Origin: Hemiscyllium ocellatum
Taxonomy: Eukaryota
DNA length: 64,000 bases
NCBI RefSeq assembly: GCF_020745735.1
Contig: NC_083418.1
Location: forward strand, 55,755,776-55,819,775
Direction: 5' to 3'
The position numbers were made by a program, and so were the translations under genes. The notes under the pieces are model-generated. The model searched no databases and was not told the DNA's origin. It was given only the letters and a program-made list of their open reading frames with translations. Below, one piece after another: positions 1 to 13,169 of the stretch. Positions within the stretch are counted from its first letter, which is position 1. Each line of letters starts with the position of its first letter.

Positions 1-475
1 CTCTTAAGCAATAACAAAGGCATTTAATTGCTATTTATGGGATCTTGCCTTGTGCAAAGTAGTTTTTCCCTGATATTGCAACATCTCAAATATCAATGAC
101 ACAGTTCAAGACATCCTGAGGACATGAATGAGAATATGTGCAATTTTTTATTCTCATACCTCAAGCTCTGCATTGAAAGGAAATCCATTTTTGCAGCGGG
201 AGGGGTGAGAGTGAGGACCAGGGGGCTGCCAGGAAGGTAAATAAGTCCTATAAAAACTTACCTCATGAATAGGCAGAGTGCATGCTGAGCAGGAGCAGTC
301 ACGAGATAGATGAGTAAGTGAGGACATATATTTGAGTGGTTGCTTTACCCCAAACACTACTTAGGAAATGTCTCTCATCCATCCTCCTTCTCTGGCCAAA
401 AAAAAAGTTCTGTGCATTGATTTGGTAAGATAACTAGTTCTTCTTCATTTGGCTCTTTGGGAATTCAGAATAGAA

Positions 476-1400
476 TGGATGTTAAGCCATGTGGAAGGCA
501 ACGGTCACCGCTAGTGTCTCTGTTGACTTCATCTGTGGGAAGTGCACCCAACTCCAGCTTCCAGGAGACCACGTTAGGGAACTGGAGCTGGAGCTGGACG
601 AACTTTGGATAATTCGGGAGGCTGAGGGGGTATTTGAGAGGAGTTATAGGGAAGCAGTCACACCTCAGGTACAGGAAGCAGGTAGATGGGTTACAGTCAA
701 GGACAAAAAGGGAGTAGGCAGACACTGCAGGGATACCCTGTGGCTGTTCCTCTCAACAAATATACTGTTTTGTATACTGTAGGGGGGGATGACTTATCAG
801 GGGCAAGCCATGGGGAACAGGTCTCTGGCACAGAGTCTGTCTTTATTGCTCAGAAGGGAAAGGAAGAGAGGAGTTGAGTATTAGTTATCAGGGACTCCAT
901 AGTTAAGGGGACAGATAGGAGTGTCTGTGAGAATGAAAGAGACTCGCGATTGGTGTTTTGCCTTCCAGGTGCCAGGGTCCGTGATGTCTCAGATCATGTT
1001 TTCAAGATCCTTAAGGGGAAAGGGGGCAGCCTCAATTCATGGTCCACATAGGCACCAATGACATAGGTAGGAAAAGGGATGGGGATGTAAGGCAGAGATT
1101 CAAAGAGCTAGGGTGGAAGCTTAGAGCTATAACAAACAGAGTTGTTACCTCTGGTTTGTTATCCATGCCACATGTCAGCGAGGTGAGGAATAGGGAGAGA
1201 GAACAGTTGAACACGTGGCTACAGGGATGGTGCAGGAGGGAGGGATTCAGATACCTGGATAATTGGGGCTCATTCTGGGGTAGGTGGGACCTCTACAAAT
1301 GGGATGGTCTACACCTGAAGCAGAGAGGTACCAATATCATGGGAGGAGGTTTGCTAACACTCTTGGGAAGATATAAACTAATTCATCAGGGATTGGGTTC
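476..1400 (+). pseudogene. CR1 ORF1 (zinc-finger/leucine-zipper plus SGNH esterase), frameshifted
   Basis: ORFs 489..782, 686..877 and 1039..1449 are successive frames of a CR1 ORF1. Confidence 0.85.
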
Positions 1401-3178
1401 AGGAACTGTAGCTTCAATGTACGGGAGGTTGAGAGTAGTGGGGTCATGAACAAGGTTTCAAGGTCGTAGGAGTGTACCAGCAGAGAGAAAGGTGGTTTAA
1501 AGTGTGTCGACTTCAACTCCAGAAGCATCTGGAATAATGTGGGTGAACTTGCAGCATGGGTTGGTATCTGGGATTTCGATGTTGTGGCCATTTTGGAGAC
1601 ATGGATAGAGCAGGGACAGGAATGGTTGTTGCAGGTTCCAGGATTTAGATGTTTCAGTAAGAGCAGGAAAGGTGGTAAAAGAGGGGGAAGCTTTCTATAG
1701 TTATGTCAGGAATAAAAGATTGACTAGAGTAAGTTTAGGGCCTGTCAAGGACAGTAGTGGGAAGTTGGGTGTGGAGTCCAAAGAGATAGGAGGGGTGCTA
1801 AATGAATATTTTTTGTCAGTATGCACACAGGAAAATACCGGAGTTGAGGGAATACTGAGATACAGGCTATTAGACTAGACAGGATAGAGGTTCACAAGGA
1901 GGAGGTATTCTGGAAAGCGTGAAAGGGACAGATGGGATTTTTATGAGGATTCTCTGGGAAGCTAGGGAGGAGATTGCAGAGCCTTTGGCTTTGATCTTTA
2001 TGTTGTCACTGTCTACAGGAATAGTGCCAGAAGACTGGAGGATTAGAAATGTTGTCCCCTTATTCAAGGAGGGGTAATTATAGACCAGAGAGCCTTACTT
2101 AGGTTGTGGGTAAAGTGTTGGAAAGGACAATAAAAGATGGGATTTATAATCATCTAGAAAGGAATAACTTACTTAGGGATAGTCAACATAGTTTATGAAG
2201 GGTAGGTCATGCCTTACAAACCTTATTTTGAGAAGGTAATTAAACAGGTGGATGAGGCTCAAGTGGTTGATGTGGTGTATATGGATTTCAAAAAGGCACT
2301 TAATAAGGTTCCCCATGGTAGACTATTGCGGAAAATACAAAGACATGGGATTGAGGGTGATATAGCAGTTTGGATCAGAAATTGACTAGCTGGAAAAAGA
2401 CAAAGGCTATTGGCTGATGGGAAATGTTCATCCTGGAGGTCAGTTACTAGGGGTGTACCACAAGGATCTGTTTTGGGGCCACTGCTGTTTATCATTTTTA
2501 TAAATGGCCTGGATGAGGGCATAGAAGGATGGGTTAGTAAATTTGTGGATGACACTAAGGTCACTGGAGTTGTGGACAGTGCAGAAGGATGTTGCAGGTT
2601 ACAGAGGGACATAGATAAGCTGCAGAACTAGTTGAGAGGTGGAAAATGGAGTTTAATGTGGAAAAGTGTGAGGTGATTCACTTTGGAAGGAGTAACAGGA
2701 ATACAAAGTACTGGGTTAATGTTAAGATTCTTGGTAGTGTGGTGTCCATTTGCATAGATCCCTGAAAGTTGTCACCCAGGTTGATAGGTTTGTTCACAAG
2801 GTGTAAAGTGTATTAGTTTTTAATGTTAGGGGGATGAAGTTTCAGAGCTACAAGGTCATATTCCAACTGTACAAAACTCTGGAGCGGCTGTACTTGGAGT
2901 ATTGTGCCCAGTTCTGGTTACTGCGCAATAAGAAGGATATGAAAGCATTGGAAAGGGTACCAAGATGTTGTCTAGTATGGTGGGAAGTTCTGATGAGGAA
3001 AGACTGAGGGACTTGAGGCTGTTTTCATTAGAGAGAAGAAGGTTGAGACGTGACTTAATAGAGATATACAAGATGATCAGAAGATTAGATAGGGTGGACA
3101 GTGAAAGCCTTTTTCTTCGGATGGTGTTGGCTAGCATGAGGGGACATTGCTTTAAATTGAGGGGTGATAGATATAGGA

Positions 3179-3352
3179 GGAGAAAGTGAGGACTGCAGAT
3201 GCTGGAGATCAGAGCTAAAAATGTGTTGCTGGAAAAGCGCAGCAGGTCAGGCAGCATCCAAGGAGCAGGAGAATCGACGTTTCAGGCATGAGCCCTTCTT
3301 CAGGAGGGCTGAAGAAGGGCTCATGCCCGAAACGTCGATTCTCCTGCTGCTT
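3179..3352. mobile_element. Short fold-back Penelope-like (PLE) derivative inserted in CR1
   Basis: 17-bp TSD GGGTGATAGATATAGGA (3162-3178 and 3353-3369). Sequence matches the terminus of the 31213-35877 PLE. Two hammerhead cores in opposite orientation. Confidence 0.9.
3309..3340 (+). ncRNA. Minimal hammerhead ribozyme motif (family A); antisense twin at about 3272-3305
   Basis: CTGAAGA-A-GGGC-TCAT-GCCC-GAAAC-GTC. The stem I 5' strand is disrupted by the inversion junction. Confidence 0.7.
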
Positions 3353-4255
3353 GGGTGATAGATATAGGACAGATGTCAGACGTAGGTTCTTTACTCAGGG
3401 AGTAGTAAGAGTATGGAATGCCCTGCCTGCAACAGTAGTAGACTCTCCAACTTTAAGGGGATTTAAATGGGCATTGGATAAATGTATGGATGATAATGGA
3501 ATCGCTTGGATTAGATTGGCTTCAGATCAGTTTCACAGGTCGGCGCAACATCGAGGGCCGAAGGGCTTGTACTGCACTGTATTATTCTATGTTCTATGTT
3601 CCATTAGGACTCAATATTGGGGAATAACAGAGTATTTTCACAGCATCAGTACAGCTCAATGTACTTTACACAGTGAGTGAAACAGAGAGTGCAGCAGCTC
3701 CATAATCATGGCTGCAAGTTCCTCTTCCCTGAAGAACATGAATGAACCAATTGAACAGTACAGGCTTTACTGAGTAAAATCTCTCCACATATCCTGGTGA
3801 GATTTAAACAGTACTAAAGCCTAGTGTAGTACCATTATTCTCAATATGCTGTGATACAGGTTTCTAAGATCTCTAACCTCTATTGAGCAGGTTTTCTTCT
3901 GAAACAATAAAATCAAATAATAAAAGGCTAACATTAAGCTTCCATTGTGCACAAAAGAAATTATGTCTGGTAAATCCAAACTCTCTTCATTTTTTTCTGT
4001 AAGTTATGTTTATTTTATGACTTTTCTTTCCTGTATCTTTCTCACTTTCTATAGCTGAGAAGTTGGAAACGAACAGCAGCAACCTTTTTTATTATTATTC
4101 CTTGTTTAATGACCATGAAATTGCCAAGTCCAAAAGTAAGACACTAAAATTAAGCTAAAAAAATTAAATTCATCCATCACTGTTTATGAGGCATGAGAAG
4201 GAAGAATAAGGACTTGAATAAATCTTGGATCAAATGACTTCAGGAAAACCGTGGT

Positions 4256-4278
4256 ACACACACACACACACACACACA
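4256..4278. repeat. (CA)n microsatellite
   Basis: Direct inspection. Confidence 0.95.
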
Positions 4279-4509
4279 TCATCTCTGCATAACCTGCAAT
4301 AGTGACTTTCTCTTCAAGTGCCTTTGCTGGTTTTCCTTTTCCAATTGTACAGCATGTTAGGAAATATCTCCTGAAAGATCAGTGTGTAAAATATGATACT
4401 CTTTGCTCAACAGAACAAAATTGTGGGAATTATTACAAATGCTGAAGTAATCAGACAAAATAAAACCATGGGGAAGTGATATAAATGAGATAATTTTCCA
4501 CTTGGTGCG

Positions 4510-4750
4510 TAGGCCATACATAGGAATATCGGTGCAGGAGTAGGCCATTCATCCCTTTGAGTCCCCTTCACCATTCAATATGTTTATGTCTGATCATGAA
4601 ACTCAGTAAAGTGTACCTGCTTTGATCCCTTTAGCCCTAAGAACTACATTTAATTGAAAACATTCAATGCTTTAGCCTCAACTGATTTCTCTGGCAGAGA
4701 ACTTCAATAGCTCAACATTCTCCAGGTGAAGAAATTTCTCCACATCCTGT
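4510..4750 (-). mobile_element. Decayed CR1 3' end fragment
   Basis: Matches the antisense CR1 3' UTR pattern (ggagtaggccattc...gtgaagaaatttctcc) seen in other copies in the window. Confidence 0.65.
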
Positions 4751-4959
4751 CGAGTGAAAGGCAGTTCTAGAATCAGCCAGGAATTGTTTCACATGTACTC
4801 TTATCATTTAAAATGTAGCCACTGCACCTACTAACATCCACATAACAACAAAACACCTTTCAGATATAGCTAATAACTCAGCTTATGACTGTTTAAGGTT
4901 CAATATCCATACATCATCAAACACATCCAATAGTCACTGAAACCTCTAATTTAGTAAAA

Positions 4960-5115
4960 CAGATTACTTTGTCATCCTTGTCTTTTGTGTGATCTTATTG
5001 TGCAAAATTGGCTGTCACATTTCTCACATTACAGTAATGACTACAGCATTTAAATGGTTGTAAAGCCATTTGAGATATCCTGAGGTCACTATATAAATTG
5101 GAATATCTTTTCTTC
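4960..5115 (+). mobile_element. Deu-domain-type SINE 3' part (SacSINE1/AmnSINE1-like). Further decayed copies near 20-150, 20590-20720(-), 22770-22900(-), 23640-23775, 28870-29240, 38280-38460 and 56140-56420(-)
   Basis: Recurring motif gtgggatcttgctgtgc..aaattggctgc...cattacaacagtgactac...ggacatcctgaggtc..aaggcgctatataaatgcaag in degenerate form. Confidence 0.65.
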
Positions 5116-6544
5116 TTTTTGGTTCACTTCGTAGCTTTAACAAAAGGAACTCCTTGTCTGGACTGAGATATGATTCCAACTCAATTTATAAGATTGGTGG
5201 CTTGACAGAAAATTAAGGGCAGTGGCTCTCAGTGAGCTCTAATCCTTCATAATAGCAGGTGTCTTGATCAGGTAACCAATCAACCTTTGATGGATAGCAA
5301 CTTGCTCACCTTCAAAACCCAAACCCTCAGAAGACCACAGGCAGCTGCAAAGGTTTATTTGTCATGCTATTTCCTGGTTACAGGCTCATCCCCAATCTGG
5401 TTAATCTTAATAACATTGGAATAAAGCACTTAAGTGGTTATTAGTTGACCATTTAAAGTCACGCGTAGGCAGCAGGGTCTTTGGCTTTCCCACCTCATCC
5501 TTAATTGGGGGTAAGGGAGGGTTCTAAGGAAGTAGAGTGCTGATCCTCCATTCTATCACATGATTAGATTTCATTCCAGCCCTCAAGCACACCATGAATG
5601 ACAGTTGTTCTGTTCTTAATGCATAGGCCTGTTGATAAAGTTGTTAAGATGCTGAGTCAGGACAGTTATGGGATGGACAGTAAATGTTAACCTAGCCATC
5701 AACAGTAACATCCAAGGGCCCATTACCACGGTGACAAATTTCACAGGCTGAGCATTTACAGTATCAGCATATGCTTCACCTGGTAAATAGATGACCATCC
5801 CCCATTCTTAATGCCTTCTAACAGCACTGTAGACATGTTCCCTTGAGATGCTGCTAATCTTGACTCTCCCAAGCATTTTATTCAGCAATTCAGCTTGTTA
5901 AAGTAAGAAGACAACAAATGGCAAAAAATAAATCAACCAAAAATGGACACATACTGAAGCTCAGAATGACTTTTGGCCCCATAGATAAGCCTTAACAGGC
6001 ATTTGTACATTATTCCAGCTGGCTGCATTTATTTGAACTAGCTTCAGCAATTTCGGTCAGCTCTGAGAGAAGATGATGGCTCTGCACAATTGAGCTTTGG
6101 AAATCATGTTGAATATGTATGATTCAGTGTAGTGAACAAAATGACTCACCCGCACTGTGGACACTCTGATATACTTTCCACATCTGTTGAGTGGAATTGA
6201 AAGCTTCTGAAAATGTTGAACAAGCTAAATTTTAACAAGCAGTTTCCTCTTGGCTTTATGTCAGGGAAATAAGTAATCACCTGATATTCAATCAGTTTCT
6301 GAGTCTATAACCTGTGAAAGGGAAGAAAGGTGCTGGGTGGCAGAAAATAGATCAGGAGGGAGACTTTTCCATATATACCATCAACCCTGATAATTGGAGC
6401 ATGCTTTTCTACTTGAGCTTTAGGGATTAGCAGAAGGGAGTGTGCATTCAACCCTGGCCCTTATAAGATGTTGAAAAGTGTTAGCAAGCGAGCTAATTTA
6501 TACCTTCAACAAAGAGTGATTGCACCCAACTCCTGCCATAGCTC

Positions 6545-6787
6545 TCAATCATAGAATCCGTACAGTGTGGAAGAAGGCCATTCAGCCCATCAAGTTCACA
6601 CTAACACTACAAAGTGTTTCTTACGCAGATTCACTCCCCTATAATGGTGCATTTCCCATGGCCAATCCAATTAACCGGCACATATCTGGACCATGGGAGG
6701 AAACACATGCAGACATGGGGACCCGAGGCTAAAATTGAAAAGTGTTCACTACACTGAATCACAGTACTAACAACTGTGCCACCCCAC
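6545..6787 (-). mobile_element. Decayed HE1/V-SINE
   Basis: Degenerate match to the 12332-12646 copy. Confidence 0.65.
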
Positions 6788-7802
6788 ATCCTTCAATAAA
6801 TCTGTTGCAAACTATCTTATGCTTTTGTTACGTTAAATTTACAGTTCCAAGGCATGAAGAAAGGTAATGTTTGCAGAGTCGCTGTGGTTACCTGATAAAG
6901 ATCAATACAGATTCCTATCTGAACAACAAAGTGAGTCTCGAAATAACCTATTCTGCACATGGTTACCAGGCTAATCCTGAAGAACTATGAATATCAAAAA
7001 GTCATATTTGGAGATAGAGGTCCAAAATGAGCAAATAGCATGATTCATAACAGCTGAAAATACCTCAATTGACATGAGAGTTAGGAGATTGGATCCTCAC
7101 ACTGGCATAGTATTGGCAGTGTGAGTAATGGAGCACATGATATAATGGCACTAAGTCAAGTGAATTTGTGAGATATAATGTGCATTTAAGCTAATTATTA
7201 AAGAAAAGATAATTCCCATTAAATTCACAGAAGGTTAAGTCTAGTAATTAACGTGTAAATTTAATTTTAATGATATGTTAGTCCTTCATGACTACCAATC
7301 ACCTTCTGTCATCCCAAAAAGTGAATGATTTAAAAAATGGGGTGGAATTTTCCCAAACGCTGAATGACGTGGGCAGTGATGAGAAAATAGGTGAGATTGG
7401 CAGCAAGGACATTTCAGACGTTAAAAGCAAAAAGCCCATTTTTCCAACCAACCGTTGAATGGCAAGATGAGAATCTGACTACTGAACAGCAAGAGGCCTA
7501 TTTGCATGCATTATATCTCATTATTACTTAGGAATGCCTCACCGATTTGCAGTTTTCTATTGTCCCACCAACTGGATAGAAACTGAACAGCAATAATTCC
7601 CGATGTGAAAATCAGAGCAGTAACCTGGTGACTCCAGCTCACTACTTCGTCTTCAGAGATTCTATCTCAGAATCCAGCCATCATTATCTCAGAGAACGAC
7701 TGAACACAGTCCCCCATCAGGAACATGAACATCAGATAGGCCAGCCTCACCATACCCTCGTAGCATAGCTCTAACCCACAGACAAAATAATTCTGCATTT
7801 TA

Positions 7803-10610
7803 GACCATAAGGCCATAAGATATAGAAGCAAAAATAGACCATTTGGCCCATCGAGTCTGCTCCGCCATTCAAAAATGGCCGATAAGTTTCTCAACACCAT
7901 TCACCCACTATCTCCCTGTAACTCTTGATCCCTTTGTTACTCAAGAACCTATCTATCTCAGTCTTAAATATACTCAATGACCTAGCCTCCACAGCTTTCT
8001 GTGGCAATGAATTCAATGGATTCAACATTCTCTGTCTGAAGATATTTCTCCTTGTCTCCATCCTAAAAGTTCTTCCTTTTACTCTGAAGCTGTGCCCTCA
8101 GGTCCTGGCCTCTCCTACCAATGGAAACATCTTCCCAATATCCACTCTGTCCAGGCTATTTAGTATTCTGTAAGTTACAATTAGATTCCCCCCTCATCCT
8201 TCTAAACTCTATTGAGTTTAAACTCTTTCAAACAGAGTCCTCAAATGTTCCTCATATGTTAAGCTTTTCATTCCTGGGACCATTCTCATGAATCTTCTCT
8301 AACATGCTCCAGGGCCAGCACATTCTTTCTGAGATAAGGGGCCCAAAACTGTGCACAATACTCCAAATGTAGTCTGACCAAAGCCTTATAGAGCCTCAGA
8401 AGGGCATCCCTGTTTTTATATTTACGTCCTCTCAAAATAAATGCCATCACTGCATTTACCTTCCTTACTACTGACTCAACCTGCAAGTTTACCTTGAGAA
8501 AATCTTGGACTAGAACTCACAAGTCTCTTTGCACTTCAAACTTCTGAACTTCCTCTCCTTTTTGGAAATAGTCCATGCCGCTATTCTTTCTACCAAAGTG
8601 CATGACCACACATTGTACTCCATCTGCTACTCCTTTACCCACTCTCTTAACGTGTCCAAATCCTTCTGCAGCCTGCCCGCCTCCTCAATACTATCTATCT
8701 TTCTACCTATCTTGGTATCATCTGCAACTTTAGCCAGAAGGCCCTCAGTTCCTTCATCTAGATTGTTAATGTATAAAGTGAAAAGTTGTGGTCCCAATAC
8801 TGAGCCTTGCGGAACACCACTTGTCAGCCTGAGAAGGACCCCACTCTCTGCTTTCTGCCAGACAGCCAAGGTTCAATCCATGCTAACACCTTGCCTCCGA
8901 CACAGTGGGCCTTTATCTTACTCAGTTGCCTCCTGTGCAGCACCGTTTCAAAGGCCTTCATGAAGTTCAGATGGATAACATCCATTGGCAGTCCTTGGTC
9001 TAATCTGCTCATTATTTCCTCAAAGAATTTCAGCAGATTTGTCAGACTTGACTTCCCCTTGATGAAGCCATGCTAACAATGCCCTATTTGACCATACATT
9101 TCTAAGTATTCAGAAGTCTCATCCTTCACAATGGATTCCAGGATCTTACCCACGACTGAGGTGAGGCTAATCAGTCTGTAATTTTCCACTTTCTGCCTTA
9201 CTCCCTTTTTAGCAGGGGTACCAGGTTAGCAATGTTCCAGTCCTCTGGAATCTCTGATACTAGCAATTTCTAACAATCACCACTAACGCCTGCACTATCT
9301 CTTCAGCCACCTCCCTTAGAACTCTGGGGTGTAGTCCATCTGGTCCAGGTGATTTATCCACCTTCAGGCCATTCAGTTTTTCTAGCAGCTTCTCCTCAGT
9401 TCTGTCCACTCACACTCTTGAATTTTTGGGATATTACTTGTGTCTTCCATTGTGAAAACTGATGTGAAGTAATTATTCAGTTCCTCAGCCATTTCCTTGT
9501 TCCCCACTACTATCTCTCCAGCATCATTTTCCAGCAGCCTAATATCCACTTTTGCCTCTCTTTTGTCATTTATGTATCTAAAGAAACTCTTACAGTCTTC
9601 CTTTATATTACTGGTTAGCTTACCCTTATATTTAGTCTTCTCCCTCCTTATTTATTTTTTTACTGCCCTTTGTTGGTCTTTGTAAGCTTCCCAATCCTTT
9701 GGTTTTCCACTGCCCTTCGCCACATTATATGTTTTCTCTTTTGCTTTTATGCTATCCCTGACTTCCCTAGTCAGCCATAGTTGCCTCATCCTCCCTGTAG
9801 CATGCTTCTTTTTTCCTCGGGATGAATCTTTGCTGTGTCTCCTGAATTACTCCCAGAAACTCCTGCCATTGCTGTTCCATTGTCTTTCCTGCTAGGCTCG
9901 TCTGCCAGTCAGTTCTATCCAGCTCCTCCCTTTATTCAATTGTAATACCGTTACCTCTGATTTCATCTTCTCCCTTTCAAACTACAGAGTAAATTCAATC
10001 ATATTATGATCACTGCTTCCTCAGGGTTCCTTCACCTTAAGTTACCTTACCAAGTCTATCTCATTGCACAACACTAAATCCAGAATTGCCTGTTCCCTAG
10101 TGGGCTCCACCACAAGCCACCTCATAGACATTCCACAAGTTCATTTTCTTGCAATCCACTACCAATCTGATTTTCCCAGTCCACCTGCACATTGAAATTC
10201 CCCATGATCATTGTGACTTTGTCTTTCCTACACATCTTTTTTATCTGCTGCTGTATCTTGTACCCCAGCTCCTGGCTATTATTTGGAGGCCTATACATAA
10301 CTCCACCTTTTTTGTTTAACCTTTGTGATTCCTCAATTCTACCCACACATGCTACTTTGTTTTTTACTATTGATTTAATTTCATTTCTTACTAATAAGGC
10401 AACCCATCCCCTCTGCCCACCTGCCTCTCTTTTCGCTAGGAAGTATATCCTTGAATATTCATCTCCTAATCCTGATCCCCTATCAGCCGCATCTCCATGT
10501 TGCTCACCAGGTAATACCTACCAATTTCAACTTGCGCCACAAGCTCATTTGCCTTATTGCTTATATTGTGTATATTCAGATATAACACCTTCACACTTTC
10601 AGATATGACA
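7803..10610 (-). mobile_element. CR1 LINE ORF2 relic (EN to RT to 3' tail)
   Basis: Minus-strand ORFs: VLYLNIHNISNK (EN start), YRPPN, MGNFN, GVPQGSVLGPQLF/KVADDTK, LEYCAQFWAP. Microsatellite-like tail near 7803-7820. Confidence 0.92.
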
Positions 10611-11469
10611 CTTGGTGTGCACCAGCACCTTTCTTTGCAGTGCTGCAGCAAGGACATTTTGCACATAAGAACACATTGATTAGACCAGGGTATATCTCTC
10701 AGGGATCCTCATTTGCTCTCTGGCCACTCATTCACTCTGCATCTACTTGAATGTTTAACTTCTGCTTCTAAACGTTTCTGCTTAACTTGCCTCTCCTTCT
10801 TGCTTGTTCTCTGAGCTTAAAGGCTCACAGCAGTTCTGGCTTGGCTTACCCTTCAGTCCAGACATAAAGCCAGATGGCTTGTCATGGTTGTCAGCAGCCA
10901 GCAGTAAAGACATGAACTTTGTATACATTTGCCAGGCTACATCAATGTCATATCTGTGCCTTGTGTCTGCAGCATTTGTAGTGAATGCAACCAAATAGCC
11001 ATGTCTCGAAATCTAAGGGGAATACTCCTCAGCCAAGTCCTGTAGCCTCCTGTTCAGTCAGGAGGCTCCAGGAAAGTAGGTGAAGGAGAACCCTTGAGAT
11101 CAGTCCAGGGGTTTGGGCACTGGCAATAGGCAACTTGGGTGGTGAGGGTCAGATTCCTCTCCTGGTAGAAAGTTAGGAGTGGAATAACTGGTACCCCATC
11201 ACCTGTCTTGTCATTTTCGGCCTATTCTGGGCCTTTTACATTGTTAGTGTTGGTGTGGGTGGGTGTTAAGTAGTGAGCTGTTCTGAGTGAGTGAGTAGGC
11301 AATGCAGAGGCCAGGCAAACTTACCAGTGTAGTTGTGTGGGTGATTAGTGAGACAGGGAAGATGCTGCATGCAGCACTGAAAATGGTAAGCCATAAGCTT
11401 TAGCAGATTTGGGTGGAGTAGAAGAGATAGAGTTAATGTGAGGTAGCAGAGAGAAGAAGGTGGCATTTT

Positions 11470-11700
11470 TCCTTTGTGGAGTGGAGAACATTCTTCCTGC
11501 ATTGCAAGACTTTCCTCCAGACTGTGGAAACAACACTGAGCCTGGTGGCAACCTTTGACCAGGCTGACAGCTTTGGGTGGCAGGGTCTCTTCTGCTGGTC
11601 CTGGGAATGAGAACAGTTCTCCTCTGTATTACTCCATCCACCAGGATATCCCAGTCCCTTTTAGCTAATCGGAACGTTAATTTCCCCCATTTGACATGCA
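11470..11700 (-). pseudogene. Harbinger transposon Myb/SANT-like DNA-binding protein relic
   Basis: FRLAKRDWDILVDGVIQRRTVL, then after a frameshift AWSKVATRLSVVSTVWRKVLQCRK, the pattern of a Myb/SANT-like (NAIF1/MSANTD-type) domain. Confidence 0.7.
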
Positions 11701-12331
11701 AGCAACCATGCAGGACAGCTTAAGAAAGATGGTACTTGGCTGGGCACCAAGAATCCCAAGTAGTCCTGATAGTGGTCAGTATGTTTTGCTTGTGCTGAAA
11801 AGGAGGATATGAGAACTGCAGCACTGTTGGGGTGTGGTACATGGCTGATAAGGGGAGGTTTGGAAGATGGCATAAGAAATCTTATGGAGAGAAACTCCCC
11901 ATGAAACCTGCTGACATTTAGTCAACTTCTGACCAAAATCAATAAATAGAGTCTCATTAACTTGGATTCTAAATGGTTTTACAATATTTTAAAATGTCAA
12001 ATCTTAAATTGATTTTTTTTGTCTTTTCTCATGTTCTTAATCCAAGATTTCTTTCCCACTCTTAATTTCTCTTTCTATACTTGATTAAATTTTAATTTAT
12101 TCTCATCTATATTAGTGTTCACCATTCTGTTCATTTATCAATCCTAAAATCATACTGGTTAAGGATGAAAGCTATTGGTTCTGTCGTCCATTGATTGTGT
12201 TACATTGTAATCCGCTCACATTTCCAGTAAACATCTCATCAAACTTCCTGCCAAGTCTTGGTCATGAACATGGACTTCAAGATTCACTGCTCTAATCTGG
12301 GCCATCTTATCTGTTTGCAGTGCAGGAAGTG

Positions 12332-12646
12332 ATTAGATTAGATTTACAGTGTGGAAACAGGCCCTTCGACCCAACAAGTCCACACCGACCCGCCGAAGCG
12401 AAACCCACCCATACCCCTACATTTACCCCTTACCTAACACTACGGGCAATTTAGCATGGCCAATTCACCTGACCCGCACATTTTTGTGACTGTGGGAGGA
12501 AACCGGAGCACCCGGAGGAAACCCACGCTGACACGGGGAGAACGTGCAAACTCCACACAGTCAGTCGCCTGAGTCGGGAATTGAACCCGGGTCTTCAAGC
12601 GCTGTGAGGCAGCAGTGCTAACCACTGTGCCACCGTGCCGCCCACC
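12332..12646 (-). mobile_element. HE1 SINE (V-SINE superfamily), full length and young
   Basis: tRNA head with A box TGGCACAGTGG and B box GGTTCAATTCC, V-domain core (GGAGTTTGCACGTTCTCCCC...GGTTTCCTCCGGGTGCTCCGG), CR1-like tail ending (AATCT)n, and AAGTG direct repeat on both sides. Confidence 0.93.
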
Positions 12647-13169
12647 AAGTGCACAGAACTATTTCAGGTTTGCAGTCCTTTCCCACCCTTGTGAATAAAG
12701 ACTCTATCCTACTTGCTGAACTAATCTAAACAATTCTTGAAACAGCTCCTTCGTGAGTGCTTCATTAAACATTCATTAAGCCAACTCTGATGAGTTTCGT
12801 GATATATTATTAATTTTTCTGTGACTAATGAATTATCCAAATTGAATCTCCTCTGCTTGAAATATTGTGACTGTCTCAAATAGCTGGTGCTTTAAATCAA
12901 TCGAGCCTTTTACACTTCAGAGGGTTCTCAGAAATTGTTTTCAAGAAGTGAGGGAGCCATAGAGGCATCACTTAACAGCAGTTGCTGGAAGTGACAATGG
13001 CTGATTCATGGATCGGTTAAAATAGTAATGTCACAAGGCATCTTCCTACAGATTACCAAATAAGATTGATCAAGAAAGAGCGTGCTTCAACAGCTGATAA
13101 GGGTGCCCACGGAGATGACTGTTTTATGATGTTGCTGTCATTGGAAGCGAAGGAAATAGGAAGGTAAGC

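Larger units (their letters stand above)
197..3601 (+). mobile_element. CR1-clade LINE, near full length but decayed (ORF1 esterase plus ORF2 EN/RT, internal deletion near 1690)
   Basis: ORF1 fragments with CxxC (ICGKCTQLQL) and SGNH-esterase motifs (VHIGTND, DGLHL). EN start near 1495, RT motifs GVPQGSVLGPLLF and KFVDDTK, 3' tail (TTCTATG)n at about 3584-3601. The 5' boundary is approximate. Confidence 0.93.

Noticed and set aside
197-470. Host exon suggested by several GTAAG/GTAAA donor-like sites
   Set aside because: It lies directly upstream of CR1 ORF1 and is most simply the LINE 5' UTR; there is no coding support.
12560-12646. tRNA gene
   Set aside because: The A and B boxes belong to the HE1 SINE head; no stand-alone cloverleaf was found anywhere in the window.
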